From positions 17,856,001-17,920,000 of the forward strand of contig JBITNC010000002.1 in assembly GCA_050084985.1 (NCBI GenBank): a DNA stretch of 64,000 bases, in the 5' to 3' direction. Positions 49,951-63,936 of this stretch are shown one piece after another. The stretch is from Nageia nagi. Lineage: Eukaryota; Plantae; Pinophyta. Position 1 is the stretch's first letter, and the number at the start of each line of letters is the position of its first letter. The notes under the pieces were generated by a model, which made no database searches, had not been told where the DNA came from, and saw only the letters and a program-made list of their open reading frames with translations. Both the position numbers and the translations under genes were made by a program.

Positions 49951-51985
49951 TGTTAGAAAATAGATAATACATTAGTTGAGAATCTAATTAATATATAATA
50001 TTACATTAGGGATAATGATAGAAATTAGGTTTATTTGTATATTATAGCATGTAGAGAGTGAAGGAAGTTGCAAGTGGGAGGCTGCAACTTCCATCTTTGA
50101 AATTGTATTTAATATTTGTAACATAATGAAATATTTGCTCAGTTTCTGGGCCCTTCCACATTTTTTATATGGTATCAAAGCACGTTGGAGAGATTCTTGT
50201 GAAAGAATAGTAGAGGTGATCGATTATTTAATCAGAAGTTGTGTCACCATATTCTTTATCCACCATTGAAGCCTGAGAAGTGTTTGAGCTGTTGATGTTC
50301 TAGGAGTGCATGATTAGCGTTGCGCCCATTGTGTAAACATCCAAGAGGATTATTATACCAAAAAGTTGAGAAAAGACTGAATGTATTTCAAATGAAGCAT
50401 AGTTGAGATTCCGTGTAAGCTTGTGAAGACTGCAACTGCTTGCTATTTATTACTGTGTGCGCTACTTGTTTGTGAAGATTGAGGTCATTAGATCTCCAAA
50501 GGAAGTGTGTTGTTTGCATGTTAAACTGCTGCGAATGTTGTGAAGATGTTGTCAATAACTGAAAATGCGCTGCTGTTAAAGGAGAGTTTGCATTTGTTAA
50601 AGAAGTCTCACAATCGTCATTGGAGAGTGCCATCATGAGTAGAGTTGCGCCCAATTTATTTTTTTGAAGAAACGTAGTAACAACTCAAACCTATGATGCC
50701 AGATACAATGTGCACATTAAAAGACATGTATAATCAGAACTTATCAAGTCCACATAAGCTAGACTTGCGTGGGTGAGTAGGTAGCACGTGGTGTATGATG
50801 GAGCACTTGAAAGATAAGTGGAGTTCAGGGTAAAATAAAAACAAGGATTTGTCTATGCCATGTTGGTGAAGTGCAAAGGTCACAAGTTCAATTCACATGG
50901 AGATATTGTTTTTGATGTTTTCTTGTGTGGCAAAATTAGAAAGTTTATCTTTTTGAAGGTGAAGTGATTAATTATTTGAGGACTTGTTCAAACCTTATCA
51001 TATAGCCAATCATTTTAGTTGTTTCGAGGTTTCTTTGGATACAATGATAATGTTGTTTATTTTATATTAATGTGTCCTTATGATGTTTTGTAGACAAAAA
51101 GTGCATTATCGGTGGAATTTGATGATCTTACCATTGCTTACAATGATGGAAGATATTGCTTTGATAAGGGGGAAAGTTTCCAAAACTTACTTCATTCGTG
51201 ATTGGATGTGTTAGTCTCTAATCACCTTTGTTGGTTGGATGTGTTTGTCGCCAACCACATTTGATGTGTGTTCATGATTGGATATGTGTGCCCCCAATTA
51301 TGGTAGTTGTAAACAAATGTGTTTGTCCTTGTTTACACCTTTCTCTTTAATCATGGTTAGATGCGTTAGTCCCTATCCTTAGTCATATGGATAGATGTGT
51401 TAGTCTCTATCCTTGTTTGAATGTCGTAATAAAAGGGAGAAAAGATATTTATTACAACATTTTGAAGTGATGATAAATGCCCAATCATTACCATACAAAG
51501 AATGGAATAGTGGTGATGCCCAATTATTGCCACATGAGTTTTGAAAATGGTTTGTTTGGTCAATGAGCCTGATGCTGTTGCCGATTTTGCAAATAGTGTG
51601 GACAACACTTCAAAGATGTGATGATAGATGGCTTTGATGATTGATGCTATTGTTCGTACCACATGTGGATGTGGTGATCACTTTTGCGTTTCTTGTTCTC
51701 AATTTTGAAGACCTAATGTATTATGGGGGGAAATGTTAGAAAATAGACAATACATTAGGTGAGTATCTTTAGGTATCTAGGAATTAATATATGTTAGAAT
51801 ATTACATTAGGGATAATGACAGAAATTAGGTTTATTTGTATATTATAAATTTATAGCATGTAGGAGTTAAGGAAGTTGCAAGTAAGAGGTTACTCAACCA
51901 CCACAACTTCCATCTTTAATACAATAATATTTGTAACATAATGAAATATTTTCTCGGTTTTTGGGCCCTTCCACATTTTTTTATA
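49951..51985 (+). mobile_element. Non-autonomous LTR element (TRIM/LARD-like, 2.0 kb)
   Basis: LTRs 49951-50169 and 51734-51985; PBS TGGTATCAAAGC 50170-50181; PPT GGGGGGAAA 51725-51733; flanks ATAAT/AAAAT; no pol domain recognised. Confidence 0.85.
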
Positions 51986-52105
51986 AAAATGAATGTCAAA
52001 GTAGAACTCCAACTATTGGAATTAGTTACAAAATCATTGTGAATTAGTTGGACCATCATTTGTTTGATAATAGTCTTCACATTTACTTTAAAAACGAGAG
52101 TTTTA

Positions 52106-55100
52106 TGTTAGGGATGTCTCCTTCCATTTTTGTGTTAGACACCTTATGGTATTTGTAATAGAGTAGTAATATTTACTAAATATAATAAATTTGTATGTAG
52201 GAGAATAGTATAGGTAAGAGTCATAAGAAAGTGCATATGAAGAGTCCATGTGTAATTCAAAGGTCACCCATGATGGTGAATCTGTAGAGTCACTGCAATA
52301 TTGTATTTATTCTCATCTTGAATCTAATACAATGCTTTTTGCTTGGAATTAATGGGCAAATCCACAATGGTATCATAGCTTGTGTTGAAGACCAATAATT
52401 CTTGAAGACAAGGATATTTTTTGAAGACTTGGATCACTATTGAAGACCAAGACCTATTAAAGACCATGAAATGTTAACTTCATTTCATGAGACTAAACTC
52501 TACCAAATCTTAGCCCTCTTTTTTTCAAAATTTGTATCTCCAAATTAAATTTTGAGACCTTATTGTGATACCCATTTCCAAGATGATCATTTTCATATAT
52601 TGGATTGTAAGATTTGATGCCCTATGGTGGTAGAAATCTGAGTCCGAAATTTGTAATTGTGTAGAGTTTGTTGTGCATGGTATTCATCGTGGTTTGGTTG
52701 TATTTTGCCGTCCATTTTGTACACCCCTCTTTTGTGAAACCCGTGTACATTTCTTGGACCCAATAGTCACCCATCATCTCTCTTGAATTTGTTGGGGACC
52801 ATGTAGTGTCTATGCTGCCTTGGAGACCTGCATGCCAATCTATGATTGCCTCTCACTATGTCGGCTTGCCTCCTCCTTTCCTTGTGGAGTTTGATGTTTC
52901 ATTGTGGAGCCCATTGTGAGTGTTGAAGGCCCCATGAAACTCCTGCAGCCACCTCATTTCCCACTTCATGTGGCCCTTCAAACCTATGCCTAGTCAGACT
53001 AGTATGGATGTGGCCATTCAATCCCAGCTTGCGTTTCATTTGATGTGGAGGCTGATGTGATTGGACTAGTTTGTCCACCCATCGCCATTATCTCATGCCC
53101 AATCAGCCTACCTTTGACTGCTCACTTCCAATAATTTAAAAAATTGACCTCATTTGAGCCTTTTAAATTTTTTGAAATGAGCCATAAAATCCACAACATA
53201 GGTTCAATTTGGATGAATTTTTTTTGTTGGATCCAAAATTTTGAAGACTAAAAATCGAGAACGATTTGATTTTTGATTGTGTTTATAAAGACACTTTTGT
53301 TGGGCAAAGAAATTTTGTGAAGAGAATTTCATAAAGAAACATGTGAGTTTTGAAGATTTGTAATATGCATTTCCTTAAGTATTTTGGTGTTGTATTGATC
53401 GGGAAAAAAACTATTCAAAGTGGTATAGAAAGATCAGGCATACTCTCTTTTCAAGTATTTTAGGGAGGGTATTTGTGATGGAGATACTCCTCCCACCAAA
53501 TCAACTAATGTCAAGGAGCTCGTAGTTTGGAAACACAAAAATATGAAGGCATATGCTTTGATTGCTTCTTCGATAAGTGAAGATGTTAATCATCACCTTA
53601 ACTCCATTGATGATGCATGGAATGCTTTGAAAATGTTTAAAGATTCATATGACTCCCATTTTGAATTGGATGATCTAATTACAATTGAAGGTCTTCAACC
53701 TAGAGTTGAAAGATAATGATCCCATGGTGTTGATTTTAGAGATTAGAGCCATTATGAATGACATAAACTCTCTAGATGTGAAGATTGACATTGCTATTGC
53801 AGCCTTGATCAAGGCTTTGAATCCTACGTATTCACATTATCTTATGTCCCTCCAAGAAAGTGGACAATTGAAGGCCCTCTCAATTTCGACACATTGTCAA
53901 ATAATATTGCAAAATGTGAGAAGGCATTTGGAAAGAAGAATAGTGAGCCTACTATTGATACATTGTGCATTTCCCAAAAGGGAAAGAATGTACACCATGA
54001 TTCTACTTATGGAGAAAGTAGTAATTATGGTCGTGGTAGTAAGAATTCTAAAGGCAAGGGGGCAGACAAAATGAAAGTGATCGTGGCGAGAAAGACAATT
54101 TTCATTTTGTCTGATGTGACAAAAAGGGGCATGGCTTCAGTACATGTTGGACTCCATGGAGAAAATAAAAGAAAACAAAGGAAAAAGGGAGCATTGGAAT
54201 GATAAGAGTAAAGACTATGATTCCACTCATTTTGTGATTGCTGAATGCAACACTAGTGTTGAAACAATATTCAATAATTCATTTGAATATTTGGGAGGAT
54301 GCTTGGTTGCTTGATATTTGTGTGACATGTCATATGAGCTTTCGTCTTGATTTTGTTGAAGAGATGAATGATAACATTGATGGAGTAGTGTATTTTGTTG
54401 ATAGATCCAGTATGAAACCCTTGGGTATTGATACTATGAAACTTAAATTGCCAAGCTTCCCCACCTTCATGATGTTCTCTACCTTCTTGAATTGTGGAGG
54501 AACTTGTTATCTTTGGTGCTAATTTGTCAACAAGGAAATTCCATATATATATTTGATGGCAAAGTGGAGATAAGGAGGTATTCTGACAACAAAGTTGTGA
54601 TGACTGGAGGGGAGGATGAGAAGTTGTTGAAGCTGCATGGGTCTTTTGCTCGATTGAGGAATTTTGCATATCGCACTCATTAAGAAAAAAGTACACTCTC
54701 ATCAAGTCTCTTATGGCATGCAAGATTTGGAAATGACCTTCATTTTTTTTGAAGAATGGTGTGTATGGATTTCCTACCATACCAAGGAACATAGAACCTT
54801 GTGAAGCATGTGTCCTTGGTATGCACAACAAGCAATCTTTTATTGATTCAAAATGGAGGGCGTGTAGAAAACTTGAACTCATACACTCTAATTTTTGTGC
54901 CCTTCACCTATATCATATGCTATTGGAAATAAACATATCATGACACTTATTGATGTTTACACTAGGAACTGTTGGGTTTATTTTTGGACACATAAGTCTA
55001 AAGCATTTGAAAAATTTAAGCAATTTTATGTTAGCATTGAAAAGTAAGCACACACATTGGCACACTTCGTTTTGATAATGGGGTGAATATACTTCAAATG

Positions 55101-55530
55101 AATTCAAAAACTGTCTTAACCAACATGGGATCAAACATCAAAGTATTGTTCCATATTAAACCACAACAAAAATAGTATAGCAGAGAGAATGAACAAAACT
55201 CTTTTGAATATGGCCCGTGCAATGTTGTTTTTTTAAGAATGTGAAATTGATGTTTTAGGGTGATGCAATTTAGTGTGTAGTCTATTTTAGAAATAAATGT
55301 CCTACTCATGCACTTGATAATAAGACTCCTTATGAAATGTGGTATAGTAACTTTGTTTCGGTTAAGCATTACAGGGTTTTTGGTTCCACTTGTTATGTTT
55401 TAATACCTAAGGAACAAAGAAGCAATCTTGGTGCTAGGAGTTGTAAATGTATTTTCTTGGGGTACTTTGATACTGCCAAGGGATTTAAGCTTTATGGTGA
55501 GATAAACAAGAAATTCCTCTTTGCAAGGGT
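52106..55530 (+). mobile_element. 3'-truncated copia of another family (LTR 52106-52366, PBS, gag, protease, integrase)
   Basis: PBS TGGTATCATAGC 52368-52379; AWLLDICVTCHM; CEACVLGM...LELIHSN; RVFGSTCYVLIP...KCIFLGY; no RT follows. Confidence 0.85.
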
Positions 55531-55998
55531 ACCTGGTTCAACTCTTTTGAAGTATGCATCTACATTGGTTAATCTCAAGGAATCTTGTGCTATTATGTTC
55601 CACGTTTGCTGCTGTCTCAACTTGTTGCAAGGGCTTCAACTTTTGGTGATGAAATTTCTATACCCACTTGTATTACTTACAGTAGAAAACAAAATATACC
55701 AAAATCAGTCATTTCAGCAAATAGTAAATATTTGATAGTAACTACACACTCAAGATGTGGAAATGAGTTGAACATCTACAAAAATAATTGGCCAATGAAC
55801 TTCCCTAAAATTGATTTGTACTGTAATTTGAAATAGATTGCTACAAAAAAATAAGGGTAAAACCCCTATTGATAGAAATAGATGCAATGGAGCTTCACAT
55901 TTGGGCCTTGGTAGAGGGTAGTTAACCTTATATATGATAAGCCAACTTATTTTGCCAATCCACTTGAGATTTTGTCATAGTTAAGTCGGTTACTTTTA

Positions 55999-57223
55999 TG
56001 TTCGTAGGTGCAATATTTGCATCATTCATATGATAACATGACCTTGGCTTTTGTCAAAATAGCTTACTACATGATCCAAATGGATCATTTGAAGAAAGCT
56101 AAGTATTTTGGAGTGAGAATTTGGGTTGGATCTTCATGATTGGATGCTTAAGAGGAATGAAATCGGCTCATATTTTGAGTCTTGTCATTTGACAAGGGTA
56201 CCTGGGTCTTGTCATTCAACATGGCTATATTTGACATAGCTATTTCAAAGGTGGCTATTTCTAGAGAAAGCTATTTCGAAAGAAGGTGACTATTTTGGGA
56301 GAAGGCTATGCCATTTGACAAGGGTAACTGAGCCTTTTCGTTCAACAAGGGTACTTGAGCCTTGTTGTTTGAAATGGTTATATTCGACATGGCTATTTCA
56401 GAAGAAGGCTATTTTGGGAGAAGGTTATTTCAAAAGAAGGCTATGTCGTTCGACAAGGGTATCTGAGTCCTATCATTCAACAAGGGTACTTGGGCCTTGT
56501 CATTCGACATGGTTACATTCGACATGGCTATTTTGGGAGAAGGCTATTTTGAAAGAAGGCTATTTTAGAAGAAGGTTATTTTGGAAGAAGGCCTTGACCT
56601 TTGATAAGGGTAACTAAGCCTTGTTGTTCGACAAGGGTACTTTGGCCTTGCCGTTCAACATGGCTATATGTGACAAGACTATTTCGGAAGAAGGCTATTT
56701 CAGGAGAAGGCTATTTTTGCAGAAGGCTATGTTGTTCGAAATGACTATATTCGACATGGCTATATTTGACATGGCTATTTCGACAGGACTTCTAGATTGC
56801 AAAAAGATGGGACATCAAGTGAATGGAAGATGAAAGGCCAAGAGGCAGAGTAGTTGGAAGGCTCGACATCATTTGGGTGTTTATAAATATGAAGTTCACT
56901 CTCATTTTGAGAGTAATAAAGCAAGGAGTTTGGTCAAGAGTTTGCTAGGGTGTTTGTACAATTGTTCTGTCTATTTTAGGGGTAGTAGTGCTTATGCCTA
57001 TGGTGATTATAACTCATTGGGAGATCAATATATATTTCCTAGCTCGTTGAAAATGGATGTAGTCTCACATTAAGGCGAACCACTATAAATATTGTGTCAA
57101 TTTGTTTGTGGATATTGTGTGCTTAATTACTTTCAAAATTTGCATAGAATAAATAATTAATAATTAAATTTGTATTTGAGGATCCAAACAGACATAGTCT
57201 ATTGGTGATTACAGATCACAACA
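55999..57223 (+). mobile_element. Probable solo LTR with a repeat-expanded U3
   Basis: TGTT...ACAACA termini; TATAAATA at 56882; GGATGTAG...GAACCAC motif at ~57055-57083; TSD imperfect. Confidence 0.55.
56178..56785. repeat. Composite tandem array of ~15-bp and ~26-bp units
   Basis: GAAGGCTATTTYRRA or ACATGGCTATATTCG units interleaved with GTCATTCGACAAGGGTAMCTGAGCCTT units. Confidence 0.92.
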
Positions 57224-57399
57224 TCATATGATAAAATACGTTATGCTTATTTGCAAAATAAAACTAACTAGAGTGTAAAATGACACCCACGTTACGAATA
57301 TGTCAAATGAGTCAAAAATGCAAATACGTGTAAATGACAAAATGATTGCAATGTGAATATAAAGGCATGTTTTGAGTTGGAGGGTAGAGACTCTTGTGG

Positions 57400-57651
57400 G
57401 ACACAAACCCTAAGGTTTATGAAAAAAAATTAAAAAAAAAGTTGAGATTTTTTTTTGTGTAGCCATCCCCTTTTTAAAAATTTAAAAGGAAACGTCCCTA
57501 GGGCTTGGGAAATCGTCCTGGGGACATCCCCTCTGTACACCCTAAAAAGGGGATGACAGGGAAACGTCTTCTGAGGCATACCCTAGTGTCAGGGGCGTGA
57601 GGAACAGGGAAACGGGAAAAAAAGGGGGGGATGCATCCTTTGATAACATTG
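57400..57651. mobile_element. hAT-like transposon terminus
   Basis: Ends CCTTTGATAACATTG (rc CAATGTTATCAAAGG) with subterminal GGGGACRTCCC-like motifs; other end not found. Confidence 0.4.
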
Positions 57652-58559
57652 AACATTTCATAAAACACAACCTTGTTGTTGAAAACCCAATCAGCTTTGG
57701 TAATTATTCTTTCACTATTTAAATCTCGATGATCCACTTATTTTTGCCAAACCCACTACCATGTACACAATTGACAAACTCATTATTATCTTCATTATAT
57801 TGTTGATGGACTAGCTACCATCTTCCTTTTCATTGTTGACAAACTTACTATTCTCTCCACAACCATTTTCCATGTCTTCCATATCTTCATCATTGCTTGG
57901 TCACCATTGAAATTACTAGAGATAATCTTCTTGTTTACTTTGTTCATAACTTCAAGATTCTTTCTCGATAACTCTGGATTTGTCAATAATATGAGTTTGC
58001 TATGGTGGTTTCGCTGACTATTGAGTGAATACATTCGCTTGTTGAGAATCCTTTGCAGGTCGAAACTTCTTTCACTAGTAACTCATTTGTTGTTCGGATG
58101 TTGTACCACTAACATTATTGACAATACTTATTTTCTTTCATCTTGTTGCACTAAAACTTCTTTATCCATAGTTGGACAATAACATTTTTCATTTGGGCAT
58201 TTTCTCTTGACATCACCTTTGCTTAACGACTACATAATGCTTGCTCAGCATATAATGCTTGGAGAATAATGCTCATTGACAATATTTAATGGATGGATAT
58301 GCATGGCAATATCCATGGACAAACACATTTGAATAATACAACATATTTTGTTTCATCAGGCAAAGATGCAAATTTTGTATTATGGACTATAGTGGTTAAT
58401 CGAAAGAACAACTATCATAATGTCTCCATGGGACCAACCCCTAGTGAGACACTACCCAAAACTCCTAACAAAGGTAATCTTAAATTCATACCTGAATCAG
58501 GAGATCTAGAGGACATTTGCGAGTAGATATCGATCACCTTATTGAACGTTTCTTATAAT

Positions 58560-60990
58560 ATTATTGTTGCGGCCTTGGCACTCTAATTGCAAAATCTACT
58601 ATTGCTAATTGTATGTCATGATAAACAAGATTCATTAAAAGCAAATAAATATTGGATAACATTATTGCCATTTGAGAATGAATGTAATGGGCTTGAACTT
58701 CTTAGTAGAAAGCCCTATTCATAGAGATAGACTTTTACAAAGCATATGATTGCCTCAATTGACCTTTCTTCCGTTCAATGTTTCAAGTGTTTGGTTTTTG
58801 ACCTACCTTCATTCGCTGTTGTCAACTTTTGTGGATGCCTCTGCTTTCCTAGCCATTAATGGTAAACAATATTCCTCATTTGGTCTTCTCTGGTGTATTT
58901 GGCAAAGATATCTACTTGCCCCAACGTTTTATGTGCTCGTTGTTGAGGGATTTGACTACATTCTTGCTAATGCTATTTCTCAAGATTGGATCAAAGTGTT
59001 TCCCTTCCTAACACCACCCAACAACTAGTGAATGGCAATTTTGCTAATGACTCTTTCCTCACTCTTTTGGAGGAGGAATGCAATGTTAAAAACAAGATTT
59101 GCAATGTGTGGACATTTTTTGCTTGGCCTTGGGTAAGTGTTAATGCTAGTACTTCCTTCCCAAGCCTTCCTAGCTTAATGACTTGGGCTGAAAATGAATA
59201 GATCATGTAAAAGTGTTCACATTTTTGTAATTCCCTTTGCTTTTCAATTCGTTTTTTTCTGCTCTTTGGAATTTTGTACTTGCTTGTGTCAATAAAAAGC
59301 TACAATAGTGGATTTTTAAACCTCTCCATATTTGGCAAATTCAAAGTGTTTTTTTGAGATGCTCTTTGCAACGCTCATATACTACTTTTCTTGTTGGGCT
59401 CCCTCAAAGATTTCCTAACATAAACTTGAAAAATTACTAAGGAACTTCTTATGGGCATCCTTTGAGCAAGGGAAATGTTTTCATCAAGTTGCATGGAGAT
59501 TTTATTATCATTTCTACGACTTTGGAGGGATTGGGCTTCTAAATATCCATCGTTGGGGGCTAGACCTTTGTGCAAAGTGGGTCATTAAGGTCCTAAAAAG
59601 CAATGAAGCTTGGAAATTTTGTTACACCATTGTAATGTTGTAGGAACTCTCCATGGTTAACAAGCTTGGAAGGGACATGACTTTCACTCAATCCTTATAC
59701 TTAAAGTGCATGTTCAAATTTAGGGCACCTTCATTGTTAAAAGTATTTGGAAAGCTTGGGAAACCATCAAACCATGGCTTCTCTAGGGAACGACTTCAAT
59801 ATTAAGATTTCCATCAACCATTTGTCTATGTGGTGGTCATATGCAACCATGTTGCTTTTAAATTTTGTCACATAGGAACTGTAGTTGTTTTCAACCTCAT
59901 GTCTAGAGTAACAAAAAATTGGCTTTCTTAGTCTGAAGCCAAAGCCAAATTTTGATTATCCAATCAAGATATGGAATCCTTCTAGGCATTTGTGGATTCT
60001 ATCCCTCCTGATAAGCTTCATAAAATTGGAGTTAGATGCACTCAAACTTGGTAGATAGATTGAAAATGGTTCACTGATACCACATTTCACATGTACAAGC
60101 CCAACAAAAGATATGCATGCCTCTCAACTCATCTCCCAATAAAAGGTCAATGATAGATGGAAGTTATAGCCCACAACCAAAACTTGGTAATGCAAATTTC
60201 AATCAATTTGGTTTGCCATTTTGGAACCCAAGCTTGCTCATTTTGCTTGGTGTATTCTTTTTTAGGGACTTACTCTTAGAGATTGCCTATCTCATTTGGG
60301 GATAGCCAACCCTTGTTGTCCACGTTTTGGATCTCATGAAAACATCAAGCAACTTTTCTAGTTTTGCCCCAAAGCCCAGGCTGCTTGGAAATGGATCCAT
60401 GATGTTTTGAAGCGCTTCATGCTTAGGTTCTTTTCATGGTAGATGTTTCTTTTGGGTGACTAGCCTAGTATGCCAACTAAGTACACCCAACTTGTTTGAC
60501 ATTTGAAGGATAGAAACTCAATTGTCCATTGTGGCTTGTGTACCACCCACCTCTTCTCCACGTAGGAGTTGGCCTCCTTCCCATGGGTGCAAACACAATG
60601 ACAACTAGGTGTCACTAGCTTAACACAAGAGTCATCAATGTAGAGCTCAGGATTGGACCCACTCGTCACCCCGTTCCTCTTAGCCTTGCGACGAGGAAAC
60701 TTGGGGTTGCCTAGCAGCAACAAATTTTTTCGCTTGAGCCTTGCCTCTCTAGCAGGAGAAATGAAGTAGGCATCAACACAGGTTGGAAGCAAACTTTTGA
60801 TGATCAAGATTCTCTAGTTGGGTGGGGAGGCCCCTCATATTGCAATCCTCCACATTTTTCTAGCTCTCTCGCACTAACAATTCTTGTAACTCATGCTGCC
60901 ATCGCATTGGCTATTTTAATTTGTTTAATCAAAGACTAAGGCTATGCCTTGCTTAGACTTTAGGGTTTGATAAAATGACACCCACTTTGT
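58560..60990 (+). mobile_element. 5'-truncated L1-type LINE (same family as 19000-24150)
   Basis: LAPTFYVLVVEGFDYILANAISQ and LVNGNFANDSFLTL RT; ORF 60117 mirrors ORF 20328 (PKLGNANFNQFGLPFWNP); shared 3' tail. Confidence 0.82.
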
Positions 60991-61469
60991 TTATATATAT
61001 ATATATATATTTTAAAAGTTTGCACTTTTTATATAAAAGAAGGAAACAATGCACAAAAGTGACAAAACATAGGTACATTCACTACACAATGACAATATTA
61101 ATTATATATTCAACAAGTGAACAAAACACAATCGCATATATTTGTCCACAACATATTACCATCCATCATCATCTAGTGATTACACATCACTATGTTTGGC
61201 TATTGCATGTTATGCATGATGCAATTGTTGACCTATGGTGTTGGCATTGTTGTCAAAGATATAATTGTGATAAAAGAGACTGTTACAGTTGACAAAGATA
61301 TATCCAACCACAATGTCAAAGGAGTATATGAAGATGTGAAGTTGAGTGCAACAATGTAGATATGGGTAGTGCAGTCATGAAGTTCCAGTAGTAAAGATCT
61401 TGTTGTTGTAGTATAGTCATGTGTGATGATCCAAAAATTAAAATTCAAGCTCACACTAGCAATACAGGA

Positions 61470-62707
61470 TCATCAAGCCCTAACGTCAGGTCTAGGGCAT
61501 CCAATACACACGTTCAAACCCTAAAGCATGCAATGTCAAGGTTAGCGCATTCACATTAAACATTCAGATACCCAAAATGTCAAGGTTTAGCATATGCAAG
61601 CCTATAACAATGAATACAACCTTAGAATGCCAACGTTTGGCTTATACATGCATAATCCAAACCCTAACACATTAAGATACCTTCGAATGATAATCACAAA
61701 CACACACAACCATCAAGATCCAACGCATGCATAAAATGAAGCAATACACATAAGCATGAGATCCGAAATGCTTTGGCAATACGAATGATATACAATGATA
61801 GCAAATACAATACCAAGTCCAATGGGCAGTCATTGGCCTTAAGGGAGCCAAGTAGGGCACAACACTCTGAAATCCTCAATACTGAACAGTTGTAGAACCA
61901 TTGGATAGACTCCCTCCCTCAGATTCCAAACCCTCTCCATTGAAGGAGCCCTCCTCAAAACTTGGTTAACCGATCGAACGGTAGAAGTAAATCCTTAGGA
62001 TGCGATCAGATGGGCAAAGGTGCTCCACCAATGCCATAGATAATCAGGATCCCAATGCTTGATTACTCTCTAGACGCTTCGCCTAGGAATGGTTTGCTTA
62101 GCACTGCTAAGACTTGTGTTTGAAAGATTGAAGTAGTAGTAATGAATAATAATGGCTGTCCAATACTGAAGCTCCAATGTTTATTTATACATTACTTGTG
62201 TGCAGATCTCACCTAGAAGTCATCCTAGGTGCATCTAATCCAACGTTGGGTATTTGGGGGGCCCAATCACTTAAAGTGCTAACATGGGGGTCATTATCAC
62301 TAATAATGCCAACGTGGGGGTCATGATCACTCATAATGCCAACTTGGGGGTCCCTAGCACTTAAAGTGCCAACGTGGGGTCCCTAGCACTTAAAGTGCCA
62401 ACATGGGGTCCCTAGCACTTAAAGTGCCAACATGGGGGTATGGGGCCCTCCCCAATATGTAGCTAGCATGCAGGTGGCTGTCTATCACCGTAATGCATAA
62501 ACATACCTTGGGATTCACACAATTCGAGATCTCCAATGCACACATACCTAATCTACTACTTGGGAGGGAGATGTCCCACTTGGGGCTCACAATGGGGTCC
62601 ACTAGGCCCATTAAGTCTCCTATCCTAAGTTACATAATGCAAATGCAAGTACATCGAATAAGTATAGTACAAGATGGTCCTACTAAAAGTACAAGGGGGA
62701 CATCATA
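61470..62707 (-). mobile_element. Possible gypsy-type LTR
   Basis: Minus start TATGATGTCCCC (resembles TGTAATGTCCCC-type LTR ends); minus TATA at ~62181-62190; 30-bp repeats upstream of it; left boundary is a guess. Confidence 0.4.
62268..62438. repeat. Six 29-30-bp tandem units
   Basis: CACTTAAAGTGCCAACRTGGGGGTCCCTAG. Confidence 0.92.
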
Positions 62708-63003
62708 TCATGCCTATGAAAGATGTTGCCGGGTGTAAAGAATTGGTAGTGAAGGATAGGTTGCTAGAAGTGAAGACATGCCATGCCGAGTGAAGGACAT
62801 AGAGTGCCAGGTGATGCAAAATGTTAATGTTGTTATTATCAGGAGTTAATAGTGTTGCTAGAGTAAAGGATGGATGTAGAGTGTTGATGTGGTTGGGTGA
62901 TTTTCAAATCTTGCCAGGTAGTTATGCTGACTTGGCCGGGTGTTGATATGGAAGATCGACATGTTGATCAAACATAGACAAATGATGAAAATGTAGTAAT
63001 TCC

Positions 63004-63936
63004 GGGTGATAATGTTAGCAAAGCAATGGTGCTCCAAAATACACTAAGTTCGATCATTGAAACAACGTGAAGTTAGATGTGAGGGAGAGAAGTACTAGTG
63101 CGTTGAGATGATTAAGGCAAATACAAAGGATTCCGGTTGATGACATCATCAATGTTATATTCGTTCAAAATACAATAAGTTCGACACCCCAAAGAAGTCA
63201 TGAACTTCAGGACCGGTAAGCATCAATAATTTCAAAGGCATTCGATAGGTGATGTCAGCATTTTGATTGTTGATCAAAATATACTAAGTTTGGTGGAGTG
63301 GATGAAAGGGTGCAAAGGATGGCATTCAAGATTACAAAGGTTTTGGCACCTTAGGCAAAGAGGCTAGAAGGTGGCGAAGTTAAGTATTGGCAAAGGAGAT
63401 AAAACAAGCATTACTGGTGAGTGATGTCAGCAACTCGATGACATACAAAAAAATGCACTAAGTTCGGTGACACGGATGAAAGGGCTCTCTGTTGGAGGAG
63501 TTAAGGATCGACAAGCGAGCAAAGGCAAAGAGATGTCGGTGGATGATGTCAGAATGGAGACAGTGAATCAAAATGAACTAAGACTAGTAGTCTATACAAG
63601 TAAATGTCAGCGGCAAGCGGGTTAAGTACCGGTAAGTCGAGAAGCTTGACTAGTCAAAGGAAACACGTGGCAACCCTGTGAGAAAGCTTTCATAGATGAA
63701 GAAAGTGTCATCGTAGATCTTTAGGAAGCAACACGACGGATAAGGGAAAAGGCATTGCCAACTAAATACACATGGAAGCTCCACAATACAAGACAAGCAA
63801 ATCAAGATGTACGCGATCGACGATATCAAGGGAGTAGCACAAAAGATAAGAGTGCCGATGAAGACAAGACATTAGAGAAGATGCTGGCACATGACATTAG
63901 TAAGGAGATTGCTTGTTGAAATAACACTAAGTCTGG
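63004..63936 (+). repeat. Dispersed bipartite-motif array (6 copies)
   Basis: TGATGTCAGC-like box, ~16-20 nt, then CAAAATACACTAAGTTCG-like box at ~63005, 63137, 63250, 63421, 63543, 63890. Confidence 0.75.

Noticed and set aside
56315-56833. Repetitive-peptide ORFs
   Set aside because: Translations of the tandem array.
57650-58560. Mutator-like transposase remnant on the minus strand
   Set aside because: Only a weak CxCPW-like hint; not enough to call.
60960-61670. Interstitial telomere (AAACCCTAA/TTAGGGTTT)
   Set aside because: Only isolated single motifs, not tandem arrays.
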